Assembly: GCA_022711115.1 (NCBI GenBank)
Contig: JAKLFP010000001.1
Location: 133,183-197,182, forward strand
Reading direction: 5' to 3'
Origin: Candidatus Omnitrophota bacterium
Lineage (GTDB): Bacteria > Omnitrophota > Omnitrophia > Omnitrophales > Aquincolibacteriaceae
Length of the DNA: 64,000 nucleotides
Position numbers and translations under genes: made by a program. The stretch's first letter is position 1, and every line of letters begins with the position of its first letter. Below are positions 9,881-20,576 of the stretch, piece by piece. Below the pieces are notes generated by a model. It saw nothing but the letters and a program-made list of their open reading frames with translations, ran no database searches and had not been told where the DNA came from.

Positions 9881-10364
9881 TAATCATAAGCATCGTCCCG
9901 CTGAAAAAGCGTAACGGTTTATTGGACCGCCATAAAAGAACAGGCAGTGAAAAAAGACCGGCAAATCCGGAAAGAAGAAACCCAAAACCGGCCATGACCG
10001 GCGTATTAGACAAGCCAAGACGAAGAAACTGCAAGCCTGTGATCACACTAACGAGTCCGGAAAAAAAACCGTAGATCCCAAGCGGTTTAAGATCCCAGTT
10101 ATACGCCAAAGCTAAAGATGCCGCAAGCAATAAGCCTCCCCAAAGAACCGACAGTTCACCAAAGGCGATATTATAACTTCCCGGAAGCGGCCAAGTGAAC
10201 ACCATGTGAAGCCCCAGCAGAAAAGCAATAGCTCCCGGCAATAAAAAGGCGGCAACCCATCGTTTGGGATTTACTTTTTCTAGATCTTCGAAGACAAAAC
10301 AGGCCAACAGAAAAAAACCAGCTGCCATATTGATCAGCATCAAGGTCACATAATCAAATTTCAT
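9813..10364 (-). CDS. DUF981-like integral membrane protein
   Basis: 183 aa with 5-6 predicted TM helices. It overlaps the rho 5' end in a different frame. Confidence 0.5.
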   Translation of the reverse strand: MKFDYVTLMLINMAAGFFLLACFVFEDLEKVNPKRWVAAFLLPGAIAFLLGLHMVFTWPLPGSYNIAFGELSVLWGGLLLAASLALAYNWDLKPLGIYGFFSGLVSVITGLQFLRLGLSNTPVMAGFGFLLSGFAGLFSLPVLLWRSNKPLRFFSGTMLMIIALLWAYFACTAYWGHLAIFSK

Positions 10365-10404
10365 AATCCCCTCCTCGCTTGAAATCTAGACATAACAACT
10401 GATA

Positions 10405-12213
10405 TTATTTCTTTTGAATCTTATCCAATTTCGCCTGCAAAGAACACCACTCATCTTCTGCTTTTTCAATCTGGATCTGAAGCTCCTTAAGACGCAGATT
10501 GCGTTCTTGAGAATAATGGAGAGGATTCTTAGCGATCTCCTCAAGAAGCTTATTGCGTTCATCCGTGTGATGATGCATCCGCCGTTCGGCCTTGTCCATC
10601 GCTTTTTTGGTTTTCTGGATCTCCGCTTTTTGTTCGCTTTTTTTGACGGGAGCTTCCTTTTTTTCAGAAGAAATCGCTGTTAATTTGGGAAGCGGCCGCG
10701 GAACGTCCAAGGGTTCTGTCTCCTCGCCTCGCGCAACCTGTTCAAGATGATAGACATAATCTTCGTAAGTCCCAGGATAATGAATGATCCGGCCTCTTTT
10801 GACCTCGAGGATACGCGTCGCCACCAGATTCACAAAAGTCCGATCGTGACTGATAAAAAGAACAGTGCCCGTAAAACCTTTAAGGGCTGCCGCCAAGGCT
10901 TCAACGGTCTCAAAATCAAGATGATTCGTCGGCTCATCAAGAAGAAGAACATGGCTTTTCGAGAGCAGCAACCCTGCCAAGACAAGACGGGCCCGCTCGC
11001 CTCCGCTCAAAACTTTGACTTTCTTCTTAACGTCATCTCCCTTAAAAAGAAAACAACCCGCCATGTTTAGAATGTCCTGATTGCTGACGCCTTCCGCGCT
11101 TTCTCTGGAAAGATATGTATAGATATCATCTTCCGGATCAAGAATGGAAAAAACATGCTGGGCGTAATACGCGATCTTCAATCCGGCTCCCCACCGGTAA
11201 CCGCCCGATTTCGATGAAAGCTGCCCGGAAATTGTTTTTAAAAAAGTGGTCTTCCCTTCGCCGTTATTTCCTAGCACCGCCACATGATGCCCGCGTTCGA
11301 TCTCACAACTGATTCCCCTCGCAACATCTTTTTCAGGATACCCGATCGAAAGGTCTTCGCATGAAAGCGCGATCCCGGCCTTTGATTCCATCGGAGGGAT
11401 GTGAATGCGAACGGTGCTCATGGGGTGCGCGATTTCGATCGTCTTAAGCTTTGCCAGCTGTTTCATCTTAGATTGGGCGCGTGATGCTGTGGACGCCTTG
11501 GCCCGAAAACGATCCACGAAAGCTTGCAGTTGGTCGCGTTTTTTTTCGATGCCACGGTTATACGCCTGCTTCTGCTCAAATTGTTCTTCTTTAAATTCGA
11601 AATACTCTTCGATGTCCCCGGGATACAGGGTCAATTGACCGTTTTCAACCTCAAGCGTGTGATCGCATGTGCGTTTCAGGAATTCCCGGTCATGGGAAAC
11701 AATTAGGTAGCCCCCTCGAAAATTTAGAAGAAAATTCTCCAAGAGGATTAAGGTGCTCAAATCCAAATAATTACTCGGTTCATCCAGGACCAAAAAATTC
11801 GGGTCCCCCAAAAGCATGGCCGCAAGTTTGACACGTGTTTGATAACCTCCCGGAAGGCTCCTTACGGATTCTTCAAGCATTTTATTGTCTATTTGGAATC
11901 GCGCCGCTATTTGCGCACATTCCCAATGCTCGCTTCGGGTCGTTCGCATCAAAAAATGAAGCGCGCTTTCTCCGGGCTTGAAATTGTCGTGCTGTTCCAG
12001 ATAACTCAAGCAGAGAGTGTTGTTGCGGGTGATCGTCCCGCTGTCCGCCGTCTCATGTCCGGTGATGATCCGACATAGCGTGGATTTCCCGGCCCCATTG
12101 CGGCCGATCACACCGATCTTTTGGTCATCGCTCAACGACGCGGACGCATCATCCAAAAGCACCATGGCTCCGTACGCCTTGCGAATTTCATTGATTTGGA
12201 GAAGAACTGTCAT
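10405..12213 (-). CDS. ABC-F family ATPase (Uup/EttA-like, tandem ABC domains plus C-terminal coiled coil)
   Basis: Two Walker A motifs (GRNGAGKST, GNNGEGKTT), two LSGG signatures and a charged C-terminal helix. Confidence 0.9.
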   Translation of the reverse strand: MTVLLQINEIRKAYGAMVLLDDASASLSDDQKIGVIGRNGAGKSTLCRIITGHETADSGTITRNNTLCLSYLEQHDNFKPGESALHFLMRTTRSEHWECAQIAARFQIDNKMLEESVRSLPGGYQTRVKLAAMLLGDPNFLVLDEPSNYLDLSTLILLENFLLNFRGGYLIVSHDREFLKRTCDHTLEVENGQLTLYPGDIEEYFEFKEEQFEQKQAYNRGIEKKRDQLQAFVDRFRAKASTASRAQSKMKQLAKLKTIEIAHPMSTVRIHIPPMESKAGIALSCEDLSIGYPEKDVARGISCEIERGHHVAVLGNNGEGKTTFLKTISGQLSSKSGGYRWGAGLKIAYYAQHVFSILDPEDDIYTYLSRESAEGVSNQDILNMAGCFLFKGDDVKKKVKVLSGGERARLVLAGLLLSKSHVLLLDEPTNHLDFETVEALAAALKGFTGTVLFISHDRTFVNLVATRILEVKRGRIIHYPGTYEDYVYHLEQVARGEETEPLDVPRPLPKLTAISSEKKEAPVKKSEQKAEIQKTKKAMDKAERRMHHHTDERNKLLEEIAKNPLHYSQERNLRLKELQIQIEKAEDEWCSLQAKLDKIQKK

Positions 12214-12288
12214 TTTAAATGGAACGTTATGAAAAAGTTATAGAAAAACAAAGATATCTAAAATTGGAACCGCTTTCTTTAAAAATAC

Positions 12289-12783
12289 TTAGAGATAGTA
12301 GTTCGCTTCCAGGTGGGAGAATTCGGCATTCTCGACCCAAAAATCGGGCTTGGTAACAAATTCGATAATATTTTCTAAAACACGTTCGTGATTTTTTTCT
12401 TCAGCGGCTATTTTTAGCCATATTTCTTTTTGTTCCGGCTTTGAAGCCATTTTCGACTGTTCTTCGTAAAGAGCAACACTTCTCTGTTCGGTTTCAAGCG
12501 CCTGCCGATAGAGATTCGCTTGAGATGCTGACGGATCCACTTGCGGGGTATTCTTTTTCCATCCCTCAAAAATATCCTTGATATTTCTCAACACCTCATC
12601 ACCTGCAACAGCGACAGACTTCCCTTCCTTCATTTTCAGGAAAGTCTCATAATGTTTCTGTTCCTGATCGGCCAACCAGTCAAAGATCTTGGCCATGCCG
12701 AATGCCGGGGCTCGTTTCGCTAACTCCCGGTAAAGGGCTTCTCCGTCTTTTTCCATTTTCATGACTTGATCAAATAGATCCAT
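12289..12783 (-). CDS. ferritin-like (rubrerythrin-like) diiron domain protein
   Basis: Two ExxH motifs (EQKHYE, EEKNHER). The ORF-track start overlaps pyk, so an internal Met was chosen. Confidence 0.55.
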   Translation of the reverse strand: MDLFDQVMKMEKDGEALYRELAKRAPAFGMAKIFDWLADQEQKHYETFLKMKEGKSVAVAGDEVLRNIKDIFEGWKKNTPQVDPSASQANLYRQALETEQRSVALYEEQSKMASKPEQKEIWLKIAAEEKNHERVLENIIEFVTKPDFWVENAEFSHLEANYYL

Positions 12784-13810
12784 GCGATTGTCCCTCAGAA
12801 CGATTCTTTTCGGCAAATTTGATAATTTCATTCATCATGCGGACGCTCTGTGCCGGATAAAGGCCCGCTGCGGTTTCACCCGAAAGCATCACATAATCCG
12901 TCCCATCAAGAATGGAGTTGGCCACATCCGAAACCTCGGCCCTTGTTGGAATGGGATGTTCGGTCATACTTTCAAGCATTTGTGTTGCTGTAATCACGAA
13001 TTTTTTTGCTCGATTACATTTCCGGATGATTTTTTTCTGGATAAATGGAACCTTATAGATAGGAATGGAGATCCCCATATCTCCCCGAGCCACCATAATT
13101 CCATCGCAGACATCAATGATCCCATCAATGTTTTGAATCCCTTCCTGGTTCTCGATTTTGGCAATGACAGCGCATCGATGCGCGTAATTTTTCAAATGCG
13201 CTTTCAGGTCCAGGATGTCTTGCCGGTCCCTAACAAAAGATTGGGCAATATAATCTAATTTTTGCTCCATACAAAAAAGAATATTCGATTTATCTTTAAC
13301 TGTAAGACCCCGGATATCCAATTGGACGCCTGGAAGATTGATGCCTTTGTGTTCTTTAATCAATCCACCAACGATCACACGTGTTTTTAAAGTATCTTTA
13401 GACCTGGATTCGACCACCAAAGCGATATTACCGTCATCGATATAAACGCGTTGGCCCGCGTGAATCGGCTTTAAAGAGCCCGCCCAATCAAAAGGGAGTA
13501 GAGAACCTTCCCCTGCAATGTTCCGGGTGGTCAACCAAAGAGCCTGCCTTTTTTTGACCAGAACCGGCTGCTTTCCTTTTAAAGAGCCGATCCTCATGCG
13601 ATAGCCTTCTAAATCTCCAAGGATCTTGATGCGCCGGCGATACCTTTGATTCAACTGCCTGACGATTCGGATCTTTTCCACATGTTCCTGCAACGTCCCG
13701 TGCGAAAAATTGAGCCGAACAACATCCATACCGGCCCGCATCATGTTGAGAAGAATACCGGCCTTGCTTGATGCCGGACCTAAGGTGCAGATAATCTTTG
13801 TTTTTACCAT
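12770..13810 (-). CDS. pyk: pyruvate kinase, short form lacking the C-terminal regulatory domain
   Basis: [13 protein letters not shown] and MLSGETA motifs. Only 346 aa, ending shortly after the A domain. Confidence 0.85.
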   Translation of the reverse strand: MVKTKIICTLGPASSKAGILLNMMRAGMDVVRLNFSHGTLQEHVEKIRIVRQLNQRYRRRIKILGDLEGYRMRIGSLKGKQPVLVKKRQALWLTTRNIAGEGSLLPFDWAGSLKPIHAGQRVYIDDGNIALVVESRSKDTLKTRVIVGGLIKEHKGINLPGVQLDIRGLTVKDKSNILFCMEQKLDYIAQSFVRDRQDILDLKAHLKNYAHRCAVIAKIENQEGIQNIDGIIDVCDGIMVARGDMGISIPIYKVPFIQKKIIRKCNRAKKFVITATQMLESMTEHPIPTRAEVSDVANSILDGTDYVMLSGETAAGLYPAQSVRMMNEIIKFAEKNRSEGQSHGSI

Positions 13811-13842
13811 TTCCAGACCTTATCTATTTTAAAAATCATCAT

Positions 13843-14052
13843 TCATGAGGAACCAGGAATAATGAAAAACGCGAGAACAAGCGCCGCCCCAATGGCATAG
13901 ACAGCAATCGTGTTCGCAATCAGATAGGGATAAACCATCAAAATCAACCCGATTACTAAGGCTTTAAAACTGGACTGTTTTTTCCCGTAAATAAAAACAG
14001 CAAAGCCGATCACCCCAAAAATAAAGCTGCCTAATAGATGGGCAACATTCAC
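13843..14052 (-). CDS. small 2-TM membrane protein (hypothetical)
   Basis: 69-aa hydrophobic ORF in the pyk-ahcY intergenic space. Confidence 0.3.
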   Translation of the reverse strand: MNVAHLLGSFIFGVIGFAVFIYGKKQSSFKALVIGLILMVYPYLIANTIAVYAIGAALVLAFFIIPGSS

Positions 14053-14138
14053 AGGCTATTTTCCTTAGCAGGCATTTCGCTTTTATGTAAAACGAGGATC
14101 TCTTGCCATAACTCTGACAAAAAATCAGCCAAACAAGC

Positions 14139-15560
14139 TTAATACTTATAGTGTTCGGGTTTGTAAGGACCTTCCGCAGGCACGCCGATATAGTTCGCTT
14201 GTTTTTTCGTGAGCTTGGTGAGTTTGGCGCCCAACTTATCCAAATGAAGTCTCGCAACTTCTTCATCAAGTTTTTTATCGAGACGGTAAACGCCAGGTTT
14301 CTTTGGATTGGTTGCGAGATCAATCTGCGCAAGCGTTTGGTTCGTAAAGGAATTGGACATCACAAAACTCGGATGGCCTGTCGCACAGCCAAGATTTACG
14401 AGGCGGCCTTCCGCCAGGAGAATGATCGAATGCCCGTCTGGGAAGATATATTTATCAACTTGCGGCTTGATATTGATTTTTTTAATCCCCGGCCACTTTT
14501 CCATTGCGGCAACTTGGATCTCATTGTCAAAATGCCCGATGTTACAGACAATCGCCTCATCTTTCATCTTCGACATATGTTCGGCCGTAATCACATCGAT
14601 ATTCCCAGTCGTCGTAACGAAGATATCGCCGATATTGAGCACATCCTCAATTCTCGCGACCTGATAACCGGCCATGGTGGCCTGGAGCGCGCAAATAGGA
14701 TCAATCTCAGTCACAATAACCCTGGCTTTTAATGCTGCCAAAGACTGGGCGCTGCCTTTACCGACATCGCCATACCCAAGGATCACAGCCACTTTGCCCG
14801 CGACCATCACGTCCGTCGCGCGTTTAATTCCATCTACTAAGGATTCACGGCATCCATAGAGATTATCGAATTTGGATTTTGTGACAGAATCGTTGACATT
14901 GATGGCAGGCACAAGAAGTTTGCCTTGTTCCTGCATTTTATAAAGACGATGAACCCCTGTGGTCGTCTCTTCGGAAACACCTTCCCATTCTTTTACCACA
15001 CCATGCCATTTCTTGGGTTCGGCCTTGAGAACCGCCTTGAGTAGTTTAAAAAGCTCAATCTCGTCCTGCGTTTCGACTTTCTTATCGAGAAGTTTCGGAT
15101 TCTTCTCCGCATCATAACCCAAATGGATCATGAGTGTCGCATCTCCGCCGTCATCAACGATAAGATTAGGCCCTGTGCCACCAGGGAATGTGAGCGCCTT
15201 GAGAGTACACCACCAATAGTCCTCAAGCGTTTCCCCTTTCCAGGCAAATACCGGAATCCCTTTAGCTGCAATAGCGGCCGCCGCGTGATCCTGTGTTGAA
15301 AAAATATTACAGGAACACCAGCGAACATCCGCTCCGAGCTCGACCAGCGTTTCGATCAACACCGCGGTCTGGATCGTCATATGAAGACTCCCCATAATCC
15401 GTTTGCCTTTGAGCGGTTTCTGAGGACCATACTTGCGGCGAGTCGCCATAAGACCCGGCATTTCCTTCTCCGCCATCTCGATCTCTTTGCGACCCCAATC
15501 AGCCGATGAAAGATCCGCCACCTTAAAATCATTTTTGGATTTCGAAACGCTTTTTTTCAT
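14139..15560 (-). CDS. ahcY: adenosylhomocysteinase
   Basis: [29 protein letters not shown]-terminus, a Rossmann NAD domain and canonical SAHH blocks. Start set at M39 (MKKSV) to match family N-termini. Confidence 0.92.
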   Translation of the reverse strand: MKKSVSKSKNDFKVADLSSADWGRKEIEMAEKEMPGLMATRRKYGPQKPLKGKRIMGSLHMTIQTAVLIETLVELGADVRWCSCNIFSTQDHAAAAIAAKGIPVFAWKGETLEDYWWCTLKALTFPGGTGPNLIVDDGGDATLMIHLGYDAEKNPKLLDKKVETQDEIELFKLLKAVLKAEPKKWHGVVKEWEGVSEETTTGVHRLYKMQEQGKLLVPAINVNDSVTKSKFDNLYGCRESLVDGIKRATDVMVAGKVAVILGYGDVGKGSAQSLAALKARVIVTEIDPICALQATMAGYQVARIEDVLNIGDIFVTTTGNIDVITAEHMSKMKDEAIVCNIGHFDNEIQVAAMEKWPGIKKINIKPQVDKYIFPDGHSIILLAEGRLVNLGCATGHPSFVMSNSFTNQTLAQIDLATNPKKPGVYRLDKKLDEEVARLHLDKLGAKLTKLTKKQANYIGVPAEGPYKPEHYKY

Positions 15561-15583
15561 CGTTTTCGCCTTTTTGTCGAGCG

Positions 15584-16771
15584 TTAGCATGTTGCCGCCA
15601 CTTTGGAGCAAGAACAACCGCCCTTGAGTTTGAGCAACTTGCGGAGTTCTTCTACTTTGTCTGTCTTTTCCCACGTAAAACCAGCTTCGCTGCGGCCGAA
15701 GTGACCGTAGGCAGCGGTCATATTGTAGATCGGACGACGGAGATCCAAAGTTTTGATAATCCCGCGCGGCGTAAAATCAAACACCTTGGACACGGCCTCA
15801 GTAATCGCTTCTTCACTGACCTTGTTTGTCCCGAACGTGTCCACACGGATCGAAACCGGCTGAGCCACGCCGATGGCATAAGACACCTGGATTTCACAAC
15901 TACCCGCAAGACCCGCAGCGACAATGTTCTTTGCTACATAACGTGCGAAATAAGCCGCAGAACGGTCCACTTTGGACGGGTCCTTGCCGCTGAAAGCACC
16001 GCCGCCATGCCGCCCCATGCCACCGTAGGTGTCAACAATGATCTTACGGCCGGTCAGCCCGGTATCGCCATGAGGACCGCCGACTTCAAATCGTCCGGTC
16101 GGATTGATGAAAATCTTGGTTTTTGCATCCAGAAGTCGCGCCGGAATAACTTTTTTAATTACTTTTTCTGTCAGGTCTTTGGTGATCGTCGGCAGTGTGA
16201 CATCCCCATCATGCTGGGAAGAAAGCACCACAGCGTCCACACGCACGGGTTTTTCATTATCATACTCGACCGTAACCTGACTTTTGGAATCGGGCCTCAG
16301 GTACTTGATTTTGCCGGATTTCCGGACCGCAGCAAGGTAACGAACCAACTTATGCGCCAGCATGATCGGAAGCGGCATCAACTCTTCCGTTTCATCCGTT
16401 GCATAGCCAAACATCATACCCTGATCGCCAGCACCGCCCGTATCCACACCCATCGCAATGTCGGGTGACTGGGTATGAAGCGCGACATCGACTTTACAGG
16501 TCTTGTAATCAAACCCGATTGACGGATCCACATAACCGATCTTTTTGATCACATTGCGCGCAACCTTCTCGGCATCGACTTTTGCCTTGCTTGTGATTTC
16601 GCCGGCAATCGTCAAGCGATCCGTCGTCGCCAGACATTCGCAGGCGACACGCGATGCGGGATCACCCGCAAGATAAGCATCGAGAATGGCATCGGAGACT
16701 TGATCGCAAACCTTGTCCGGATGACCTTCGGAAACTGATTCTGACGTAAAGAAATAATGACCTTTTTTCAT
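15584..16771 (-). CDS. metK: S-adenosylmethionine synthetase
   Basis: [43 protein letters not shown] and other MetK signatures. Start set at MKKGHYFF. Confidence 0.93.
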   Translation of the reverse strand: MKKGHYFFTSESVSEGHPDKVCDQVSDAILDAYLAGDPASRVACECLATTDRLTIAGEITSKAKVDAEKVARNVIKKIGYVDPSIGFDYKTCKVDVALHTQSPDIAMGVDTGGAGDQGMMFGYATDETEELMPLPIMLAHKLVRYLAAVRKSGKIKYLRPDSKSQVTVEYDNEKPVRVDAVVLSSQHDGDVTLPTITKDLTEKVIKKVIPARLLDAKTKIFINPTGRFEVGGPHGDTGLTGRKIIVDTYGGMGRHGGGAFSGKDPSKVDRSAAYFARYVAKNIVAAGLAGSCEIQVSYAIGVAQPVSIRVDTFGTNKVSEEAITEAVSKVFDFTPRGIIKTLDLRRPIYNMTAAYGHFGRSEAGFTWEKTDKVEELRKLLKLKGGCSCSKVAATC

Positions 16772-16778
16772 TTTTTTG

Positions 16779-17534
16779 TTACTCCTTTGGATTTGATGAT
16801 TTGACGATGTCGTTCGCTTTCTGGTAGGAGGCGAGATCACCGATATCCAGCCATTTCCCCTTGAGGGGGAATGCGAAAAGCCCCGAATTTTCAGCAAGCC
16901 ATCGCATATAGTGGCCGGGTTGATCAGTATTATGGCCAGTTGTGATATAAGTGTCAAGCAAGCTCCACGTCTCTTGAGGAAGCCAATAAATCCCGCTGGA
17001 AGCTAATGTAGTGGCCGGTTGAGGGGGCTTTTCCTGAAATTCCAGGATTTTTCCATCCGCAGCCGTCTTCACGAGACCGTAACGCTTGGCCAATTCCTTA
17101 TCTCCTACGTCATAAACCGCAATGATTCCATGAGGCCGCTTCTTTTTTCCGAAATCGGCAAAAGAAACGAGATCAAAATCAAAAAAATTATCTCCGGCAA
17201 TCACCATCAGATCGCAAGGCATCAATTTTTTCGTGCGTATCACATAAGCCAAATCCCCAATCGCACCAAGCCGCGTTTCATTGCTGGTGGTATGGTCGTT
17301 GATGACCTCTACAGTCCAGGGATATTTTGCACTCGCCTTCCATGTTTCAAAATGGCCCGCGAATTTCTGATTGCTAACCAGATAAACCATCTCCACCCCT
17401 TGAACTTTCTGAACACGTTCCAGGATCCATTCCAAAATGGGCCTGCCACCCACCGGCAGAAGCGGCTTGGGTTGATTTTCAGTCAAAGGATAAAGCCGGG
17501 TCGCATAACCCGCACAAAGAATAATGACTTTCAT
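16779..17534 (-). CDS. sugar-phosphate nucleotidyltransferase (mannose-1-P/glucose-1-P NTP-transferase family)
   Basis: [30 protein letters not shown]-terminal NTP_transferase motif. Confidence 0.8.
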   Translation of the reverse strand: MKVIILCAGYATRLYPLTENQPKPLLPVGGRPILEWILERVQKVQGVEMVYLVSNQKFAGHFETWKASAKYPWTVEVINDHTTSNETRLGAIGDLAYVIRTKKLMPCDLMVIAGDNFFDFDLVSFADFGKKKRPHGIIAVYDVGDKELAKRYGLVKTAADGKILEFQEKPPQPATTLASSGIYWLPQETWSLLDTYITTGHNTDQPGHYMRWLAENSGLFAFPLKGKWLDIGDLASYQKANDIVKSSNPKE

Positions 17535-18514
17535 AGTAACACCTTCACGGCTTTTTTGATTCGATCAATGGCCACGATGGACAAGGGATCGACTCGGTAT
17601 AATTTTGACAATTCAAAACTCGTCCAGTCCCCCAGTAAAATCATGGAAAAGATCCGGGCAAGCACGCCTTGACCTTGAGCCTTAAGCTCGATCACTTTAG
17701 CGCCGGCCCCCTGAATAATATTCATCACAACTTTTTTCTTTTTACGAAGCCAATCCGGCTCATTTTTGTCTGTTAGAAATAAAGCAACCGATTTCTTAAT
17801 CTTAAACCTTGGAAAAACCCATCCTTCCACCTCATGATGAAACATCTCCGGTAACGCTTCGCAGGAAGCAAGCGTCTTTGAATTTTCCGCAAATTGAGTC
17901 CGCCATCTCATGGACACAGGCTGCATCAGCCCCCCCCCATAAATATGAATGTTCTTTTGATAGATCTTTTTTGCAAGCGCCTTCGCTTGAGCGACAGGTG
18001 CCGTTTGGACGATGCGAATCACCTCCGCGATCTCTTTGGAAGACATCTTGAACCAACGATAGCGGATGAAAAGAAATAAAAGAGAAAACGTTGTGTAACC
18101 GATCGCGAATCGCGGAGGATACCCCCGCGGAAGTTCAAAAAATGGAATCCCGCGTTTGAGGGCTTCTTTGAGCAACTGCCCGCCTGAAGTCACCACGAAA
18201 AAAAGGGCTTTCCTCGCCACCGCCTGTTGAAAAACCGACTGGACCTCATGCGTATTCCCCGAGTAGCTTGAAAGAATCACGAGCGTCTTCGAATCTACCC
18301 ACTCGGGCAAACGTGACGTGCGATTGACGGTCCAATGAATCTGAGAACGGCTTTGTGCGATGGTTCCGAGGATATCCCCGCTGATCGCGGAGCCTCCCAT
18401 CCCGCAGAAAAGCACTTTCCGGGAATGGCGATAATGGGCCGGAAGGACTGTTTTTTCGGCAAGCGCGCGCGCATGAGAAATCTGATCCTTGAAATCCTTC
18501 AAATACTTTTCCAT
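17531..18514 (-). CDS. bifunctional phosphoglucose/phosphomannose isomerase (SIS domain, archaeal-type PGI/PMI)
   Basis: CGMGGSAISGD SIS motif. Length and layout match the bifunctional PGI/PMI family. Confidence 0.7.
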   Translation of the reverse strand: MEKYLKDFKDQISHARALAEKTVLPAHYRHSRKVLFCGMGGSAISGDILGTIAQSRSQIHWTVNRTSRLPEWVDSKTLVILSSYSGNTHEVQSVFQQAVARKALFFVVTSGGQLLKEALKRGIPFFELPRGYPPRFAIGYTTFSLLFLFIRYRWFKMSSKEIAEVIRIVQTAPVAQAKALAKKIYQKNIHIYGGGLMQPVSMRWRTQFAENSKTLASCEALPEMFHHEVEGWVFPRFKIKKSVALFLTDKNEPDWLRKKKKVVMNIIQGAGAKVIELKAQGQGVLARIFSMILLGDWTSFELSKLYRVDPLSIVAIDRIKKAVKVLL

Positions 18515-20263
18515 CTATTCCCCTTCGAGTTCCTTGCAGATATTTTGAAGCTTTTCATCCAGAAAATCGCGGATCTCTTTGCCTGTTTGAAGCGTCAGCG
18601 CTTTTTGCGCGATTTCTTTGGCTTCGGTATAGCGGATGGAACGGATCACTTTTTTGATCTTTGGAAGCACCACAGGGCTTGCGCTGATCTCATCGATTCC
18701 AAGTCCCAGAAGAAGAACCGCGATCAAAGGATCGGCTGACATTTCGCCGCAACTTCCCACCCAGATATTGTGCCGATGCCCGTTCCGCACCGTCATATCA
18801 ATCAACCGAATGATCGCCGGATGCGTTGGCTCATAAAGATAAGCAATTTTTTCGTTCATGCGGTCCACCGCCAGAACGTATTGGATCAAATCATTCGTAC
18901 CAAGAGAAAAGAAATCCACTTCCTGAGCCAAAACATCGCTTGCCAAGGCCGCGGAAGGAATCTCAATCATGACTCCGACATGGATATTTTTATCAAACGC
19001 AAGATTTTCTTGCAAAAGTTCGGTCTTAGCCTCATCCAGGATCTCTCGTGCCGCCCTGACCTCATAAACGCTGGAGACCATCGGATACATAATTTTTAAA
19101 TTCCCATGGACACTTGCTCTGAGAATTGCGCGCAATTGCGTTTTAAAGATATCCTTACGCGTCAAACAAAAGCGGATCGCCCGCCATCCCAGATAGGGAT
19201 TCATTTCATGGGGGATGTCAAGCGTGGAAGCGAATTTATCACCGCCCAAGTCAAGAGTCCGAATGATCACTGTTTTGGAAGCCATCGCTTCCGCGACTTT
19301 CCGGTAGGATTCATACTGTTCTTGTTCTGTCGGTAGTGTCGTCCGGTTCATATAAAAATATTCCGTGCGGTAAAGTCCCACACCTTCCCCGCCATGGGAA
19401 ATTACGGAAGAAACTTCGTGGTGAAATTCAATATTAGCGGCAAGAACGATGCGTTTCCCGTCCAAGGTTTCAGCCGGTAGTTCGCGCAACTTATCGAGTT
19501 CACCGGTAATCTGAATAAAACGGTTTTCTTGAGAATAAAATTTGTCGATAGTTTGCTGATCCGGATTGATGACCACAACGCCATGCGTCCCATCGACGAT
19601 CAGTGTGTCATCATCCTGCAATTCACTGATGATTTTGTCGATGCCGACAATCGCGGGAATCTCCAGGGAACGCCCGAGAATCGCTGTGTGCGATGTCGGG
19701 CCGCCGATTTCCGTCACAAACGCAAGCACCTTGGACCTGTCCAGAGAGGCCGTATCCGACGGCGAAAGATCGTGCGAAGCGATGATCACCTTGCCTTGAA
19801 ATTCTTCAAGGCGTTTTTTCTCTTCTCCGCAAAGATTTCCGAGCAGACGTCTGCCGACATCACGGATATCCGAGATGCGCTCCTTCAGGTATTCGTCATT
19901 AATCTGGGAAAAAGCCTGGAAATAGCGTTGGATGACCGTTGAAAAAGCGTATTCCGCACCCACCTTCTCGTTTTTGATCACTTCGATAACGTCTTCAATC
20001 AACGTTCGGTCTTCAAGAATCAGGAGATGTGCCGTAAAAATATCCGAACTTTCGCGTCCGATTTGATCAGAAAGTTTTCTGCGAATGCCCAGGATTTCGG
20101 TACGCGTTCGGGTAAGGGCATCTTCAAACCGAGCGATTTCATTAGAGATGCTTTCCGGACCGACAATCCTCTTGGGAAGATTAAAGGACTCGCCGCTGTG
20201 CAGAACAAAGACCTTGCCAATCGCAATCCCCGGTGAAACTCCGATACCTTTGAGTTGTTTCAT
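18515..20263 (-). CDS. ptsI: phosphoenolpyruvate-protein phosphotransferase (PTS Enzyme I)
   Basis: GIGVSPGIAIGKVFV N-terminus, GGPTSHTAILGRSLEIP active-site His region and a PEP-utilising C-terminal domain. No GAF domain, so PtsI-type rather than PtsP. Confidence 0.9.
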   Translation of the reverse strand: MKQLKGIGVSPGIAIGKVFVLHSGESFNLPKRIVGPESISNEIARFEDALTRTRTEILGIRRKLSDQIGRESSDIFTAHLLILEDRTLIEDVIEVIKNEKVGAEYAFSTVIQRYFQAFSQINDEYLKERISDIRDVGRRLLGNLCGEEKKRLEEFQGKVIIASHDLSPSDTASLDRSKVLAFVTEIGGPTSHTAILGRSLEIPAIVGIDKIISELQDDDTLIVDGTHGVVVINPDQQTIDKFYSQENRFIQITGELDKLRELPAETLDGKRIVLAANIEFHHEVSSVISHGGEGVGLYRTEYFYMNRTTLPTEQEQYESYRKVAEAMASKTVIIRTLDLGGDKFASTLDIPHEMNPYLGWRAIRFCLTRKDIFKTQLRAILRASVHGNLKIMYPMVSSVYEVRAAREILDEAKTELLQENLAFDKNIHVGVMIEIPSAALASDVLAQEVDFFSLGTNDLIQYVLAVDRMNEKIAYLYEPTHPAIIRLIDMTVRNGHRHNIWVGSCGEMSADPLIAVLLLGLGIDEISASPVVLPKIKKVIRSIRYTEAKEIAQKALTLQTGKEIRDFLDEKLQNICKELEGE

Positions 20264-20267
20264 GAAA

Positions 20268-20576
20268 TTATTCTCCGAAATTGGATTCAATAAGTTTAGC
20301 CAAGGCTTCCATAGCTTCTTTGGCATCTTTGCCGTCTGCCCGAATAGCAATCGAGGATCCCATTTCGGCAGCTAACGTCATAATCCCCATAATCGACTTG
20401 CCATCCGCCTTCAGCTCCTCCTTCTGGATTTCAATCGAGGCTTCAAACCTGTTAGCCGTTTGAACAAAAAGGGCCGCCGGACGGGCGTGAAGCCCTAATT
20501 TGTTGGAGATCACAAAATTTCGTTCGATTTTTTCCGTTGCTGTTTTTTTTCGTTTGGGCACCATGATATTTTTCAA
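20268..20576 (-). CDS. ptsH: phosphocarrier protein HPr/NPr
   Basis: GLHARPAALFV His15 motif. Short basic N-terminal extension. Confidence 0.85.
   Translation of the reverse strand: MKNIMVPKRKKTATEKIERNFVISNKLGLHARPAALFVQTANRFEASIEIQKEELKADGKSIMGIMTLAAEMGSSIAIRADGKDAKEAMEALAKLIESNFGE

Noticed and set aside
14151-14732. Long plus-strand ORFs antisense to ahcY, metK, ptsI, GT genes, ilvC/ilvN, aroB and others (e.g. 15701..16468, 58970..59899, 59970..60518, 53259..53957, 43532..44119)
   Set aside because: They lie entirely inside strongly supported minus-strand genes and have no family motifs. They are shadow ORFs typical of a strongly one-stranded region.
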